Below, piece by piece: positions 12,146-24,174 of a DNA stretch of 64,000 nt. The stretch comes from Mustelus asterias (taxonomy: Eukaryota), in contig NW_027590156.1 in the NCBI RefSeq assembly GCF_964213995.1, positions 62,001 to 126,000 of the forward strand. Direction: 5' to 3'. Numbering within the stretch: the stretch's first letter is position 1; every line of letters starts with the position of its first letter. The notes beneath the pieces are model-generated. The model did not search any database. It was not told where the DNA came from and saw only the letters and a list, made by a program, of their open reading frames with translations. Made by a program: the position numbers and the translations under genes.

Positions 12146-12839
12146 ATCTTTACCCTGTCTGTTCTGCATAGACTCCAATTCCACTATGATGAAAATGACT
12201 CTTAGCCACTACTGAAATTGCCGGGCAGGCCATCCAGTTGTATCAAAGCTGCTAGGGAAAAACAAATAATAAAATCATCCAGAGGGCAGGTTTCAACAAG
12301 GTGGTTCACAACAGCCTTCTCAGCAGGGACAACTAAATGTTGGCTTTGTCAGTGATGCTCACATCCAGAGGATCAATAACAACAGTGTAAAGTGCTGCCG
12401 ATTCTGGAAATCTAAAACTAAAGTAACACAAATGCTACTCAGCAGGTCAGTGTGCATCAGCAGATAGAGAACCAGATTCACATTTAAAATCGATGCCAGG
12501 ATGCAAAATCTTATTGATTTAATTCTAAAGAGCAAGGCTCTTCTCCGCAATATTCTACCTTAATACTGATTCTTCAAACAAAATCACAAATTTACTGGCA
12601 ATTTATCACATCTCGGTTTGTGGGAGTTTGTTGTACGTACATTACCTGTTGTATTTGCAACATGATAGCAGTGACTAAATTCAGCAAAGGTACATCAGTG
12701 AGTTTTAAGAACTTTGGGACTACATGAAGTCGGGTAAAGCGTTCTATAAAGGTAAGCTCTACCAAAATGAAAGTTGTAATACGTTGGAAGTGCTGAGAGA
12801 TTAATGCGAATATATTCATTCCTCTGCTGATCATAGCAG

Positions 12840-13320
12840 CATAGAATCATAGAATCCAGTGCAGTGCAGTAAGAGGCCATTCGGTCCATCAAGTCTGCAG
12901 CTGCTCTCCAGCAGAGCATCCTATCCAGGCCCAGCCTTCACCCTATCCCGACAACCTCACATATTCAGAGGCTAATGTCTCTAACCTACACATCGTTGCA
13001 CACTAAGGGGCAATTTAGAATCGCCAATCCACCTTGGGCCTGGGAATGATGCCCTGCTGGACAGCTAGTGCAGACTTGATGAAGCGATGGTCTCCTTCTG
13101 CACTGTAGGGATTCTGTGATTCTACGTTGCTCATCCTTGGACACAAAGGAGCAATTTATCATTCCAATCCACCTAACCCGTACATCCTTGGACTGTGGAA
13201 GGAAACCGGAGCACCCGGAGGAAACTCACATGGACATGGTAGAATGTGAAAAACCACACACAGTCACCCAAGGTTGGAATCGAACCCGCTTCCCTGTCAC
13301 TGTGAGGCAGCAATGCTACT
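12840..13320 (-). mobile_element. HE1-like SINE (rearranged)
   Basis: (atagaatc)n tail, ggaaaccggagcacccggagg core. Confidence 0.75.
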
Positions 13321-14199
13321 TGTATCACTTAGTAATAACCACACTGGATTTTTTATTCTTCCCTCGTGTGAGTCTGATCACTAATTATGACAGGAATATT
13401 TCACACATCAGTTCTCTTTGTTTTAACTTGTCGAGTTGAAGCAATTTAGATCATCAATCAAATTAACATTCAATGGAATACCAGCCTGTTCACAGATACT
13501 TTATTTATTGTGACATCAGAACTTTCAGGACAAATTCTTAAATAGAATGTATTTATTCATTTAATTAAATAGCATCTGGTGTAATTTATGTTAAAAAGCT
13601 TTCTATTCTTTTTGAACCAACTGTTAATATTCTTAAAATAACCGCTATTTTGAGTTGAAACGAATGAATAAGTGACGGTTTATCTGTTTTTGCTGCCATT
13701 AACATTTCATTGTAAACAGTGAGGTGCTTATGTAAATAAACACAGAAATAGAAATCCCAGATTAGATTGTTGACTGACGAAAACACAACAAATATTTCCC
13801 CACCAACACAGCACAGAAATAGAGACAAACATGCAAATCGATCAACGGATTCCAGAAATGATTGTTTTTATACATTAGTTATTCATCAATTATATGAAGA
13901 AAAAAATCATGACAATATCTATGTTCAGAATTAGCAGAAAATCCCTTTGATCCCGAAATGTGATAACACGGCAAATGTGTTCGTGGAAATTCCCTGTGTT
14001 TCATCTCTCTCTCTCTGTCTTTCTCCTTCTGGTTCTGTGTCTTGTCTCTTCACGATAGTTCATCGTCTTCCCTCCACAATCTGAATTCAATGTTGCCCAA
14101 TGTATTCTCTCAGCCGGAGTTGTAAGGAATGCAACACAATGAATTGGAATCCATGAGGGAGATTTACTCTAAAGGATCTCTTGAGCATCTATGATTTTG

Positions 14200-14830
14200 G
14201 GATATTTTATACATTTTCCTCTGTATCTAACCTGTATTGTACCTCGTAACAAGGATTCGATGTGGCAGTACCAAAGAAATTTTCCCTGTATTTATCCCTG
14301 CCCTTGGACTGTTTGACTGGACAGTGTAGAGGAATATTTAACCTGCATCTAAACTCACGTACCTGCCCTTTGAATGTTTGATATTACTTGTAAAGGGAGA
14401 TTTAATCCGTATCTAATCTCTGCTGTACCTGACCTGGGTGTATTTTATGGGACTGTGTCGCGGGATCTTCCCCCTCTACCGAACACCAATTCAAACTTGC
14501 CTCCCGATTCTCTGAAGGAAAAATGCAGAAGTGGTTTTACCGAAAAGAGATTCCCTGGTCTGTATGCCTTCATTGTGTTTGAGCAGACTTTGTTGACGGA
14601 GTTTCACTCTGTTTCTAGACAGTCTCGCTTTTCCAGGAATGTTTTATTTTGATAGTGAGAGGGAGGTTCACTTTGTATCTAAATCATGCTATTCCTGACT
14701 TGGGAGTGTTAAATTTGGCAATGCATGGGGGAACTTTACAGCTAACCCCATGTTACTCCTGTCCTGTGAATTTTTGATGGGGCAGTTGGCCGTCTCTCCA
14801 AATTTCATGGAGATTGAACCAGTCTCTTTA
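14200..14830. repeat. Degenerate ~65-70 bp minisatellite
   Basis: Recurring 'gtatctaa...tacctg.cct.gg.gtgttt.at.ggac.gtgt..gggag.ttt' units. Confidence 0.65.
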
Positions 14831-14839
14831 TTAGACAGT

Positions 14840-16500
14840 AAATTTACCCTGTGTCAGCTTCTATTACGTAAGGTCATGCCTCGGTTTATGTTGCACGAGA
14901 CGCTATCTCTACACATATTAAACGAGATGCTTTCTCTGACTATACTAAATTAGACCTTGTCCCTGTTTATATTATGCATCAACATGTTTCAGTTTATATC
15001 AAACTAGCCGCTGTATCGGTTTGTATTAATTTAGACCTGTCTGCTTGTATTTAACTAGATGGAGTCTTATTTCTGCACTTGACCCTATCCACGTTTATAT
15101 TGCATTGGACATGGTCTCAGTTTTGACTGCACTGGACAATGCCAGTAATGAGGAAAGTGTTTAAGGGGACACAATTCTCTGCATCCTCTTAAATAAGGAA
15201 AAGAAGCAGTGTTATCTGAAATCTACTTCTGCTGACTGCATTGAAAATGGTTACTGAGACCTGTATAGCATGCACTGTCAACACAGAATAAAGAACAAGA
15301 AAAGTTACTGCAGAGGAACAGGCCCTTCGGCACTGGAAGCCCGCACCGACCAAATACTGTCGATCCAATACTGCCTGTTTCAGAATCCTGCCAGAGACCA
15401 CTGTTTTTCATCCAACATAATATATCTTCTTCTCGTAGAACCGCGGAGAAATGCAGACATCATTCAAATAGAGGCAAAGTTAAGTGCAGGCATAACACTA
15501 ACACAGTCTAGTGAAATATGTACAGGGTCAGGATCAAATATTACTTACCCAGAGAGTATGGCTAGTGCAATATAAACTGATTTCTAGTCTAGCAGTGTAT
15601 TAACAGAGACAGACTCTAATTTAACATAAACTGGGTCCTGATCCAGCAAAATAGAAATGGGTTTCTTTCCGAGTGCCATGTGGGGATGTTCAAAGGCCAA
15701 ATGCTGATCTTTTCAGTGACACCCACATCCCATGAAACAAACATTACAAATATATATGACAACGTCGAGGAAAATAAAACTGAGACAGTGTCTAGTGCAG
15801 TTTTACTGGACATAGGAGCTTATACATATAAACTGAGACAGAGCCCAGTAATTAATGATACAGGACCTAAATTTCTTTAGACTGAGACGGAGTCAAGTGC
15901 ATTAGTAATAATTACTAATAGATACAGGACAGTGACAGATGTAAACTGAGACAGAGTCCAGTGTATTAGTAATGATTACTGATACAGCACCTAGACTGGT
16001 GTAAACTGAGACAGAGCCCAGTTTATTTGTAACAATTACTGATACAGGGCCTAGACTGATACACAGTGAGATACGGACAATGCAGCAATTAGGAGGTATT
16101 GCAAAATGCAATTATAGCTGAGACGTGACATAGTCTTAAATAAATAAATACATGGACTGGTGCAGCATTAACGTAAACAGGATCTAATTTATCAAAATCT
16201 AATGAACTATTCGCATAATAACTGTGACAGAACCATGTGTCATGCATGAAACAGTTGCTCCAGTTTAGTATGCAGTGGCAAATGTTCTGAGGCAGCAAGA
16301 ATCGAGACACGGCCTCTTGTCAGATCAGCAGAAGCATGGCTCAGTACCGCCATAACTTAGAAATTATAATATAAACAGGGCCTGTGTCTCATATACGAAC
16401 ACCTGATATTGAGCCAAGTGCAGGAAATAGCTTAGACATGACCTCCTGGAATATGATCCAGGCACAGCCTACTGTAATACAGACAGAGGCAGAAGCTAGC
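14840..16500. repeat. Two degenerate ~25-30 bp tandem arrays in opposite orientation
   Basis: 14840-15140 'tagacc.tgtc.c.gtttatatt' units; 15490-16500 'aaactgagacagagtc.agt' units (reverse complement). Confidence 0.55.
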
Positions 16501-16529
16501 TGAATATAGGCAGAGATATGGTATGTTTA

Positions 16530-17510
16530 AAATTGTTGTGATTTTGATGTCACTGGGAAAGTCAGCTTTTGTTGCCAAACCATGAATTCCTTTGAGAATG
16601 TGGTGGCAAGCTTTGGGAAGCTGGTGGGTGGGGTGTTCTTCGAGCCAGCTACTTTCTCCAGAATGACATTGAGCTTTTGAGTGGCACACGTCAGGCAAGT
16701 AGAGAATATTCAATCATCTGTGTCGGCACAGACTTGGTGGGCCGAAGGGCCTGTTCCTGTGGTTGACTGTACTGTGATATTTGTTCATACTCCTGTCTTT
16801 TGCCTTGTAGATGATGGATAGGAGTTGGGAATTCAGGAGGTGCGTTGTTCACAGCAGAACTCCGAGCGTCTGACCTGCTCCTGTGGCCACATGATTTAAA
16901 CGTCTGTCTCCGTTCAGATTTTCACGAATTATAATTCATAGGATGTTGATAGTGGGCGAATTCAGCGATGGGTAATGCCATTTAATGTCATGGGGGGTGG
17001 TTTGGAATCTCCCTCATTGGAGACTGTCATTGCTTGCCACTTGTGGTGCATTAATGTTCCTTGTCATTCATTAGCCAAACACTAAATGTTTTCGAAGTCT
17101 TACTGCATATGGACACAGACTGTTTCAGTATCTGAGGAGCCGCGACTGGTGCTGAACTATGTGCAATCACCTGTGAAAATCCCACTTCTGAAATTTGATG
17201 AAGGCTGAAGCTTGGGGATAGGTCACTAACCTGAAGAATTCCTGTAGCAATGCGTGTGACTGGCATGATTGGCCATTAACAATCATCTTCCTTTGTGCTC
17301 AGTATGACTCAGACAGTGGACTCTGTTCCCCCTGATTCCCATTGACTGCAGTTTCGCTCGGGCTCCTTGATGCCACAAACGGTCAGACGCTGCGTCCATG
17401 TCAAGGGCAGGCACTCTCTATTCACCTTTTTAATTTATTTTTAAAAATCCATATTTGGACTCTTTCCAAATCATTTCTGGAATCGAGTGCTCCTTGCGGG
17501 ACCCACATTG
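16530..17510 (-). mobile_element. CR1/L2-type LINE fragment
   Basis: Colinear with ~270-1050. Confidence 0.7.
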
Positions 17511-17729
17511 AGCATCTTGGTGTGTGTGTGTGTTGTGTGAAATACACCGTGTTTGATACAAATTAATTCCACAATGATCACGTGCATCCTTCCATTTACA
17601 CTACATGACGGACACACAATAAACACATCCAATTCAGATTGGCTTCCTTTACATATGTCACCTTTTCTGATGATTGAGGAGGCCAATTTTTGAAAAGTTA
17701 GTTCGGCCACAAGTGCTGCCCATTAAGCT

Positions 17730-18110
17730 ACCATTCGTCATTGTGTGTTATCGTTTTTGTATCATGAATGGATATTAGGAGCTTTGGTGTAGAACCAGTT
17801 ATCACCAAAATCCTGTATTCTTTGCCCAGCTGACGGTGGTGAATGTCTTCGCGAGATTGACCGAAGTACGTTAAAGATATGGACATATATGGAACATGGA
17901 GAAGTTGTTGGCTGGAGTAAATCTTCCAATACAATCACTAAACTGCACATCAGATATACCCGGTCTGCAAGCAGATGATGTATTTCAAGTGTGACCCCAG
18001 CAAAGATCTTTCCCGTGATGTTATGACTGAGATATGCCTGTAGTTGTAACAGTCTCTTCCATCGGTTTAGTTTGCAAAAATGTGTGATAAATTTGAATCA
18101 TGCATGTCTT
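17730..18110 (-). pseudogene. Decayed Ig C1-set domain; relic block D, copy 2
   Basis: 'LKYIICLQTGYI*CAV**LYWKI...NLAKTFTTVSW...VLHQSS*YP'; acceptor displaced to ~18425 by a SINE. Confidence 0.5.
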
Positions 18111-18120
18111 ATGGAATTGT

Positions 18121-18420
18121 GGGTGCCATGGTGGCACAGTGGTTAGCTCTGTTGCCTCACACTGCCAGGGCCACTGGTTTGGTTCCCGGCGTGGGTCAGT
18201 GTCTGTGCGGAGTCTGTACTTTCTCCCCGTTTATGCGTGGATTTCTTCTGGGTGGTCCAGTTTCCTGCACAGTCCGAAAAGGCATGCTGGTAATGTGTGC
18301 TGGCCAGGCTAAATTCTCCCTCAGTGTACCCGAACAGACGACTCGGGGATTTTCACAGTGACTTCAAAGCACTGTTAATGTAAGCCTTCTTGTGACATTA
18401 ATAAATGAACTACAAACCTT
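18121..18420 (+). mobile_element. HE1-related SINE variant
   Basis: tRNA head ggtggcacagtggttagc; 3' 'gtaagcctt.cttgtgaca.taataaa' shared with 58366-58635. Confidence 0.8.
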
Positions 18421-18867
18421 AAATCTTCCAGCAAATAAGGAGAATGTCATAAATGTTCAGAAAGATAGTGATTATTTTCACTAATGACCGTCCATTCACA
18501 ATTTAATAAATGCATTCACCAATTCTCATTCATTCACAAAGGTTAGTCTATTTAAAATTACTTTATGGAAGGTGGGTGACTGTCTAAGCTATAATTTATT
18601 TCACATTGCGAAGTGCATTCGGTAAGCTGGTAGTTAGCCGCCACCTTGAACCGTTGCACAACCTGCAGTGTAGGTACACCCACAGTGCTGTTAGGAAGGG
18701 TTCTCCTGGATTCCGACCCAGCGACGTTAAAGGAGCGGTAATATATGTCCAAGTCAGGTTTATGAGCGTCTGGAGGGAAATATCCAGGCGGGGTAGTCCC
18801 AATTCACCAATTAATATCAATTAATACAGATAAACAATTATTTCACCAATTATATTCAGCATTTTAA

Positions 18868-19397
18868 TAAATGAAAAACATTGCGGATTCTGGAAACTGA
18901 AACAAAAATAATAAATTCTGAAAATCTCAACAGGTCTGACAGCATCTGTGGTGAGAGAATAGAGTCAAAGTTTCGAATCAGGATGACCCTTTTTTTATTT
19001 GGAGAAAATTGAAGAGGGCGATGGCATTGGGAACTGATGAGGGTGGAAAGGGATTAGGAAGTTTCTTTAGGATATAGTTCGTGATTGAGACGTTGATTAG
19101 GTCAGTTAGCATGGATAAGTTGATTATGATATTTGGGATCGGTATGTAAGTTCATGCAGCTTGTGTGTGGCTCGAAATAGTGCATATAATTAAACAGTGC
19201 CTATTTGAACTATTCACATCTCACAAGAAAGTTATGCAGCTTGTCTGACACCTTGTTGGATACAATGATAATCTCTCCAACGCATTAGGAATACTCTGCT
19301 GAAGCGTCATCCAGACTCGAAACGTTGGGTCTATTCTGTCTCCACAGATGCTGTCAGATCTGCTGAGATTTTCCAGCATTTTCTGTTTGTTTTCAGT
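18868..19397. mobile_element. Insertion with inverted terminal arms (same family as 11867-12095) splitting relic block C
   Basis: aaaatctcaacaggtctgacagcatctgtgg / ccacagatgctgtcagatctgctgagatttt; flanks ttcagcatttta / ttcagtatttca. Confidence 0.6.
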
Positions 19398-19620
19398 ATT
19401 TCATTTTGTACAACTTTGCTTTGAATAATTTATTGATATTAACATTTCTTGACACTGTATTGACCTTTTTGTCAACAAGGATAAAAATCTGTCCCAGAAT
19501 GCAGTGGGAAATTGAACGAATTCAGACTGAGGATCAGGAGTCGCTACCCAACAGTCTCTGCGCTTTAAACTCCTGATACGTAACTGGTGTGATGATTTCC
19601 AAAGTAATGATATGAATTAC
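19395..19620 (-). pseudogene. Decayed Ig C1-like domain; relic block C, copy 2
   Basis: 'LEIITPVTYQEFKAQRLLG...QIFILVDKKVNTVSRNVNI'. Confidence 0.35.
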
Positions 19621-19689
19621 ACTACCTTGCACCTAATATGATTTTACTGAATTTTTAAATCCCGATTCATTATTACATTGTTTTGGGAA

Positions 19690-20014
19690 ATAATGTAACA
19701 CTTGTAATTGTCCAGTGAGTTTCACAATATATCTGTTGCCACATTATTTATCTACAGCTTGTTACCTTCACTAACTTGGGTGAGGGCATGTTGAGTGATT
19801 TGCTGCACATGTTTCAAATATTACAATCCTCCCTCCTCAGCCAAACCATGTTCCCTCTTTCGATCTTGGATATGAATATCCAGCATCAGCAGAGAAATGA
19901 ACCATCCTGCCGCAGCAAAATCCTCTCTTCTTTTCGTGAGGATCAGCTTGCTAACTCCCTCGAAAATCGGGTTTGATATCACCCAGGCCCTCTGGAAGTA
20001 TTGAAGTTATTAGA
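19690..20014 (-). pseudogene. Decayed Ig C1-like domain; relic block B2, copy 2 (copy 1 at ~5500-8425 split by two CR1s)
   Basis: Acceptor ttctgtcag; mixed frames 'LC..AGYSYP...VWLRR...MWQQIYCETH'. Confidence 0.35.
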
Positions 20015-20234
20015 CTGACAGAAATGGAATCAAGGAACTGTTTCAATTTATGAACCAGTCAAGTAAAAATATGGGAATGTGGAACAGCATCTTTCAGTAC
20101 CATTTAACAATGCATCCATCAATCCGTTCACTGATTCCTCAATCAAAATATTCAGGCATCCAACTGATATTCGTATCATTCATTCAACGGTCATTCATTC
20201 CTGCATCAACACAGTCATTCATTTATTGTTTGCG

Positions 20235-20570
20235 CAGATGGTGACGTAATATTAATTGAAGTGGCCCAGTGATCCAGAGGCCCAGGACAATGATGTGGTG
20301 ACAGGGATTTAAATCGGAGCATTGCAGCTGGTAGAATTTGAATTCAATTAATAAATATGGAACAGATGCTAATGGCGACCATCGGACCGTCTCTGATTCC
20401 CCAATGAGTGAAATCTGCCATCGCTACCTGGTCTCACAAGGATGTGACTCCAGATGGACAGCAAAATAGCTGACTCCTTCATATGTTCAGAAGTGGCCTA
20501 GAAAACCAGTCAGTTCAAGGGAATTTGGGACAGACAAAAAGTGCCGGTCTTTGCAACCAAACATCCCATG
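20235..20570 (+). mobile_element. Deu-domain SINE at the same position as 8615-8965
   Basis: Same flanks in both duplicates, so it predates the duplication. Confidence 0.65.
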
Positions 20571-20659
20571 GAAAGATAAAGGGAAAGAAAATACAAACAA
20601 ACATGTTCATGTATCGTCTCTCTGAGACATTTCTCATTTTGTCTGTAATTCTTTCTATC

Positions 20660-21009
20660 CATCTATCACAATATCCTGATGTGTTGGAAAAATCATCATC
20701 GTTGCTAACAGGGTGCCAGAGAAGCTGCATGACTTTCCTTTCATTAGAGATGGGAAAAATTCATCTAGATTTACAACTTTAAATAATTAAAGTGCCTCCA
20801 GTACTGTTGCTGGGTAGATTTATTTATAAATAGGCCTCATTGACAATGTGAAGGGTTTTAAGTTGGCTTGCAGCCAAGCGGTCAGTACTGAGAAAACAGA
20901 TCTTTGTTCTGCTGCACAACACCCCCAGATGCTTCCTGTCAATAACTTTGAGCATTTGACAGCAGTTTGGATTGCTGCCAAATACTGTGTGGGACAGATT
21001 AGTGTGAAC
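20660..21009 (-). pseudogene. Decayed Ig C1-set domain; relic block B, copy 2
   Basis: Acceptor ccgtttag; colinear with 9065-9414 ('VLTAWLQ..IYPA'). Confidence 0.45.
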
Positions 21010-21417
21010 CTAAACGGACAAAATGGGATTCAGCCATTTAAACAATAAATGTTTCATTCGCACAAGAAAGACACATTTTAAATCGTAATCATTCTAATCA
21101 AATATTTTCATTCAATGGCCTGTTCATTATGTGAGTAAATAGTATCGCAAAGCAATAAAGTGACCAGATGATTTTTCATTTGTATAACTTCCAAATAAAT
21201 GTCATTCCAATAATTAAAGTCTGTTTATTAACTCCTTCATGAAATGCGAGAGAGAGATGTTGATGGTCCCAATTCCCCATCAATTGAAATCAGTGCAATT
21301 GCATAAAATGCATCGAAATAATATTAAGGGGACATCATAAAACTGACATGAACAGCGGGAATTCCTGGAATATTCTGAACGTTCTGTATCACATTTAAAC
21401 AGCAGCGTCTCTTGTAC

Positions 21418-21705
21418 CTGATTAACACCCTATTCTATTGTACAGTATAATCTGATTCCTGTTATTGAAGAGTTCCAATCATAGCTGCCAATAAGTGGAG
21501 AAATGATCAGTTCATAACCTGATTCAATGGAAGATAAAACATTTATTCTTGTGATATTGTGCAATGTGCCGCAAAGCCCTGATATCCTGTGTTCGCAATA
21601 CCAGTGAATGTTAGACAGCCGGTGGCCGATAGAGTGACCTGAAATGATCTGGATGCTGAAGGAGAACTTTAGTGATCTCCGTGTCCGTTCCATTCATTAA
21701 CTTCT
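21418..21705 (-). pseudogene. Decayed Ig-superfamily domain; relic block A, copy 2
   Basis: ttttgacag acceptor and cag|gtacaa donor 288 nt apart; ORF 21430-21693 'NIHWY...GYELIISPL..YDWNS...LYCTIE' (cf. C1 'GTYS..S.L...EWNS..YxCxVxH'). Confidence 0.45.
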
Positions 21706-22289
21706 CTGTCAAAAGTCGATGTTAATTTTATGTTTCTTTGTCAACTCACTATTTAATTATCAGGAGGGCGGGATTCTCATTATTTTCAAAGAGCTGTCTT
21801 CGAGTTTGCGGTAGTTTGAGAAATATAAGGAGAAACATTGTATTGTGTGAGAGTTTCTTCTCATCTCCAAACCCAAATTGTACAGTGATAGCCATCCACA
21901 CTGTAAATGCAATCACTTTGTTCATACCCCCTCATTTAGTTACAGAAATCGGTTAAAATTCTTCTGATAAATGATGCTTTATTATTGTGATGTGACAGAG
22001 ACACGGAATTGTTGCAACACAGACTGACGGTCTCTTTATTTTCCAAAAATGTTATTTCATCATTTTTAGATTTGTGTTCTTCTTGGGGGCGTGGTAATAA
22101 AATCACCATATTTACAATGGAATGAGTTATTTTAAATAAAGAAATGATGAACTGCAATATCACCATCAGCAATAATGGAGACAATACAATGAACATATTC
22201 AGCCAAACAAATATCCCGACACAGACAAAATGTCCATTTTAATATGAACCCTTTGTAAATCTGGGAGTCCATTCTGTTGGGGTGTGGAA

Positions 22290-22420
22290 GGTGGGACCTG
22301 GATCCAGTTACCGCCTCCAGCAGGGAATCAACAGGCGGCGCCTGGAAAGCCGCCCCCTGCTGCCGGGTATTTAAATACCGCTCACTGGGACCGGAATCCA
22401 ACAGTCCGGGAGGTGGTTTG
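22290..22420 (+). promoter_or_regulatory. VH promoter: GC-rich patch, CTCF-like motif (22349-22366), palindromic TATA GGTATTTAAATACC (22366-22379); no octamer
   Basis: About 90 nt upstream of leader ATG; absence of the octamer is typical of shark VH promoters. Confidence 0.65.
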
Positions 22421-22466
22421 TTCACTGAGTTTCTGACACAACCATTTCCCCCAAATCACCAGAAAG

Positions 22467-22512
22467 ATGAGGTCGGCGATTTGTCTCAGTTTGTTGCTGA
22501 CTTTCTTATCCG
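22467..22512 (+). CDS. IGHV: IgH leader exon (MRSAICLSLLLTFLS-G)
   Basis: ATG 22467, hydrophobic signal peptide, phase-1 donor g|gtgagt. Confidence 0.95.
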
Positions 22513-22644
22513 GTGAGTAGTATTTTTTCATTGTCTAAGTCTCCCAAAGTTACTGTCTCAGTTTTAGTCCATCTCTGTAATATTCCCGAGTCAAAAATCA
22601 TTACACCAGGATTAATCCTCGGGTTTTTTGATCTATTTTTACAG

Positions 22645-22949
22645 GTGTCCAGTCGGAGGTTGTGTTGACTCAGCCAGAGGCAGAGACCGGGCGTCCCGGA
22701 GGCTCCCTGACACTGACCTGTAAAACCAGCGGCTTCGATCTTAGCAGCTATGGCATGTACTGGATCCGACAGGTTCCAGGACAGGGGTTGGAGTGGCTGG
22801 TGTGGTACTATACTTCATCCAGCAACAGCTACGCCCCAGCAATTAAGGATCGATTTAGTGCGTCGAAAGACACTTCAACCAAAATCTTCTCTTTGGAGAT
22901 GACAAGGCTGAAGACCGAAGACACCGCCATCTACTACTGTGCAAGACAC
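22645..22949 (+). CDS. IGHV: IgM VH gene segment (intact)
   Basis: Acceptor tttacag; [13 protein letters not shown]...LTC...[13 protein letters not shown]...RFSASKDTS...[10 protein letters not shown]. Confidence 0.97.
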
Positions 22950-22988
22950 CACAACGAGAGGAACCAGGGATGGACCCGAACAAGAACC
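22950..22988 (+). other. VH 3' RSS, 23-bp spacer
   Basis: CACAACG-23-ACAAGAACC. Confidence 0.92.
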
Positions 22989-23359
22989 GCTCGAGAGGGA
23001 ATTCAGCAACTTTCATTATAACCTGAAGGTCAGTATCTGATTTAAATATAATGCTAACAGTGATCAGAAGCAAAACACAAACTGCTTCTGACAAACCCAA
23101 CTTAGTGAAAATTAAACATTAAACCAAGAAAACACACAGACATAACGGGCTGAGCTTTTCACTCTGTTTATATTTACTGTTAACAGTTTCAGCAATTACA
23201 CACCTGGATATAATGCTCGTTTTAGTATTTCTGACACTTGGAGGAGATGTTTTTAGATTGTGTTTTGTAAACTGTTGCATGAAGTGTAAATTACATCACG
23301 AATAATGGTCTATTTGAAGTGAATATTGAGCGGGGGAGTACTGAACAGAAAGTAAGTGC

Positions 23360-23440
23360 AGTTTTTGTGCGAGTGTGTGTCACTGTGATACTACAGTGGG
23401 GTCACAGTGCTGGGCACAGCGACATCCTCATACAAAAACC
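23360..23440 (+). other. IGHD: D1 segment (23388-23402 ATACTACAGTGGGGT) with 5' 12-RSS and 3' 22-RSS
   Basis: AGTTTTTGT-12-CACTGTG | D | CACAGTG-22-ACAAAAACC. Confidence 0.95.
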
Positions 23441-23740
23441 TCATGGAAAGAGATTGCTCAAATTGGTGATCAGTGCCACAGCAGGAGTTTCAAAGTAAAC
23501 GAGGCTTCAGTGAAATAATGTGTGGAAGTAATATTAGTTTGTGAAAAGGTATAAAAATCTTCCCATAAAATCTATATTTACCGATATGCTAAATCTACAC
23601 AGAGAGTTTAAAAGCATTCCGATCCCCTTTATAAATACAATGACCAGGACAAGCTGAAATATCTCACTCATTCGCTCGTGGATGAGACAGAATCAGATTT
23701 TTGATACAGCAGTGAAATTAAACAGTTAGCAGTCGGGCAC

Positions 23741-23808
23741 AGTATTTGTCATGCTGTGTCTCACTGTGATAACTGGGTGGCACAGCAGTTACTGTCAATA
23801 CAAAAACC
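23741..23808 (+). other. IGHD: D2 segment (23769-23780 ATAACTGGGTGG) with 12/12 RSSs
   Basis: AGTATTTGT-12-CACTGTG | D | CACAGCA-12-ACAAAAACC. Confidence 0.95.
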
Positions 23809-24135
23809 CCTCAGCACTAATTGACCGAGACTGGGGCAGTGCTCTGTTTTCCAATCCAGCATTATTTACAGTGCTGTATTATTTATGTCCCAGCACTACA
23901 CAAATAGCGAGAATTAATATGGAAAATTTATGATAACTATTTGATTATCAGTTGGTGTTTTCAGTAACTTGATCATGTGATCCTCTATGAAATATAAAAC
24001 ATTAAGGTTATTTACGAAGAGCGAACGGTATCCACCAGTGCAATAATAATTTCATGAACATGCAGTGATTTGCTTTCCCTCTGGCTTGTGAATTTTTAAA
24101 ATACTGATGGATTTCTGTCTATTTTGTGCAGAGAT

Positions 24136-24174
24136 GGTTATTGTATGACCCAGCCTCGAGAATGTGACACTGTG
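24136..24174 (-). other. JH 5' RSS, 23-bp spacer
   Basis: GGTTATTGT-23-CACTGTG. Confidence 0.93.

Noticed and set aside
15490-16500. CRISPR-like regular repeats
   Set aside because: Eukaryotic degenerate minisatellite without unique spacers or cas genes.
17728-17934. F-type lectin-like 'LGKEYRI' string
   Set aside because: Isolated short match; no HxxxR/RxDC signature.
23415-23440. Second heptamer CACAGCG inside the D1 3' spacer
   Set aside because: Only 10 bp from the nonamer; not a valid 12-RSS.
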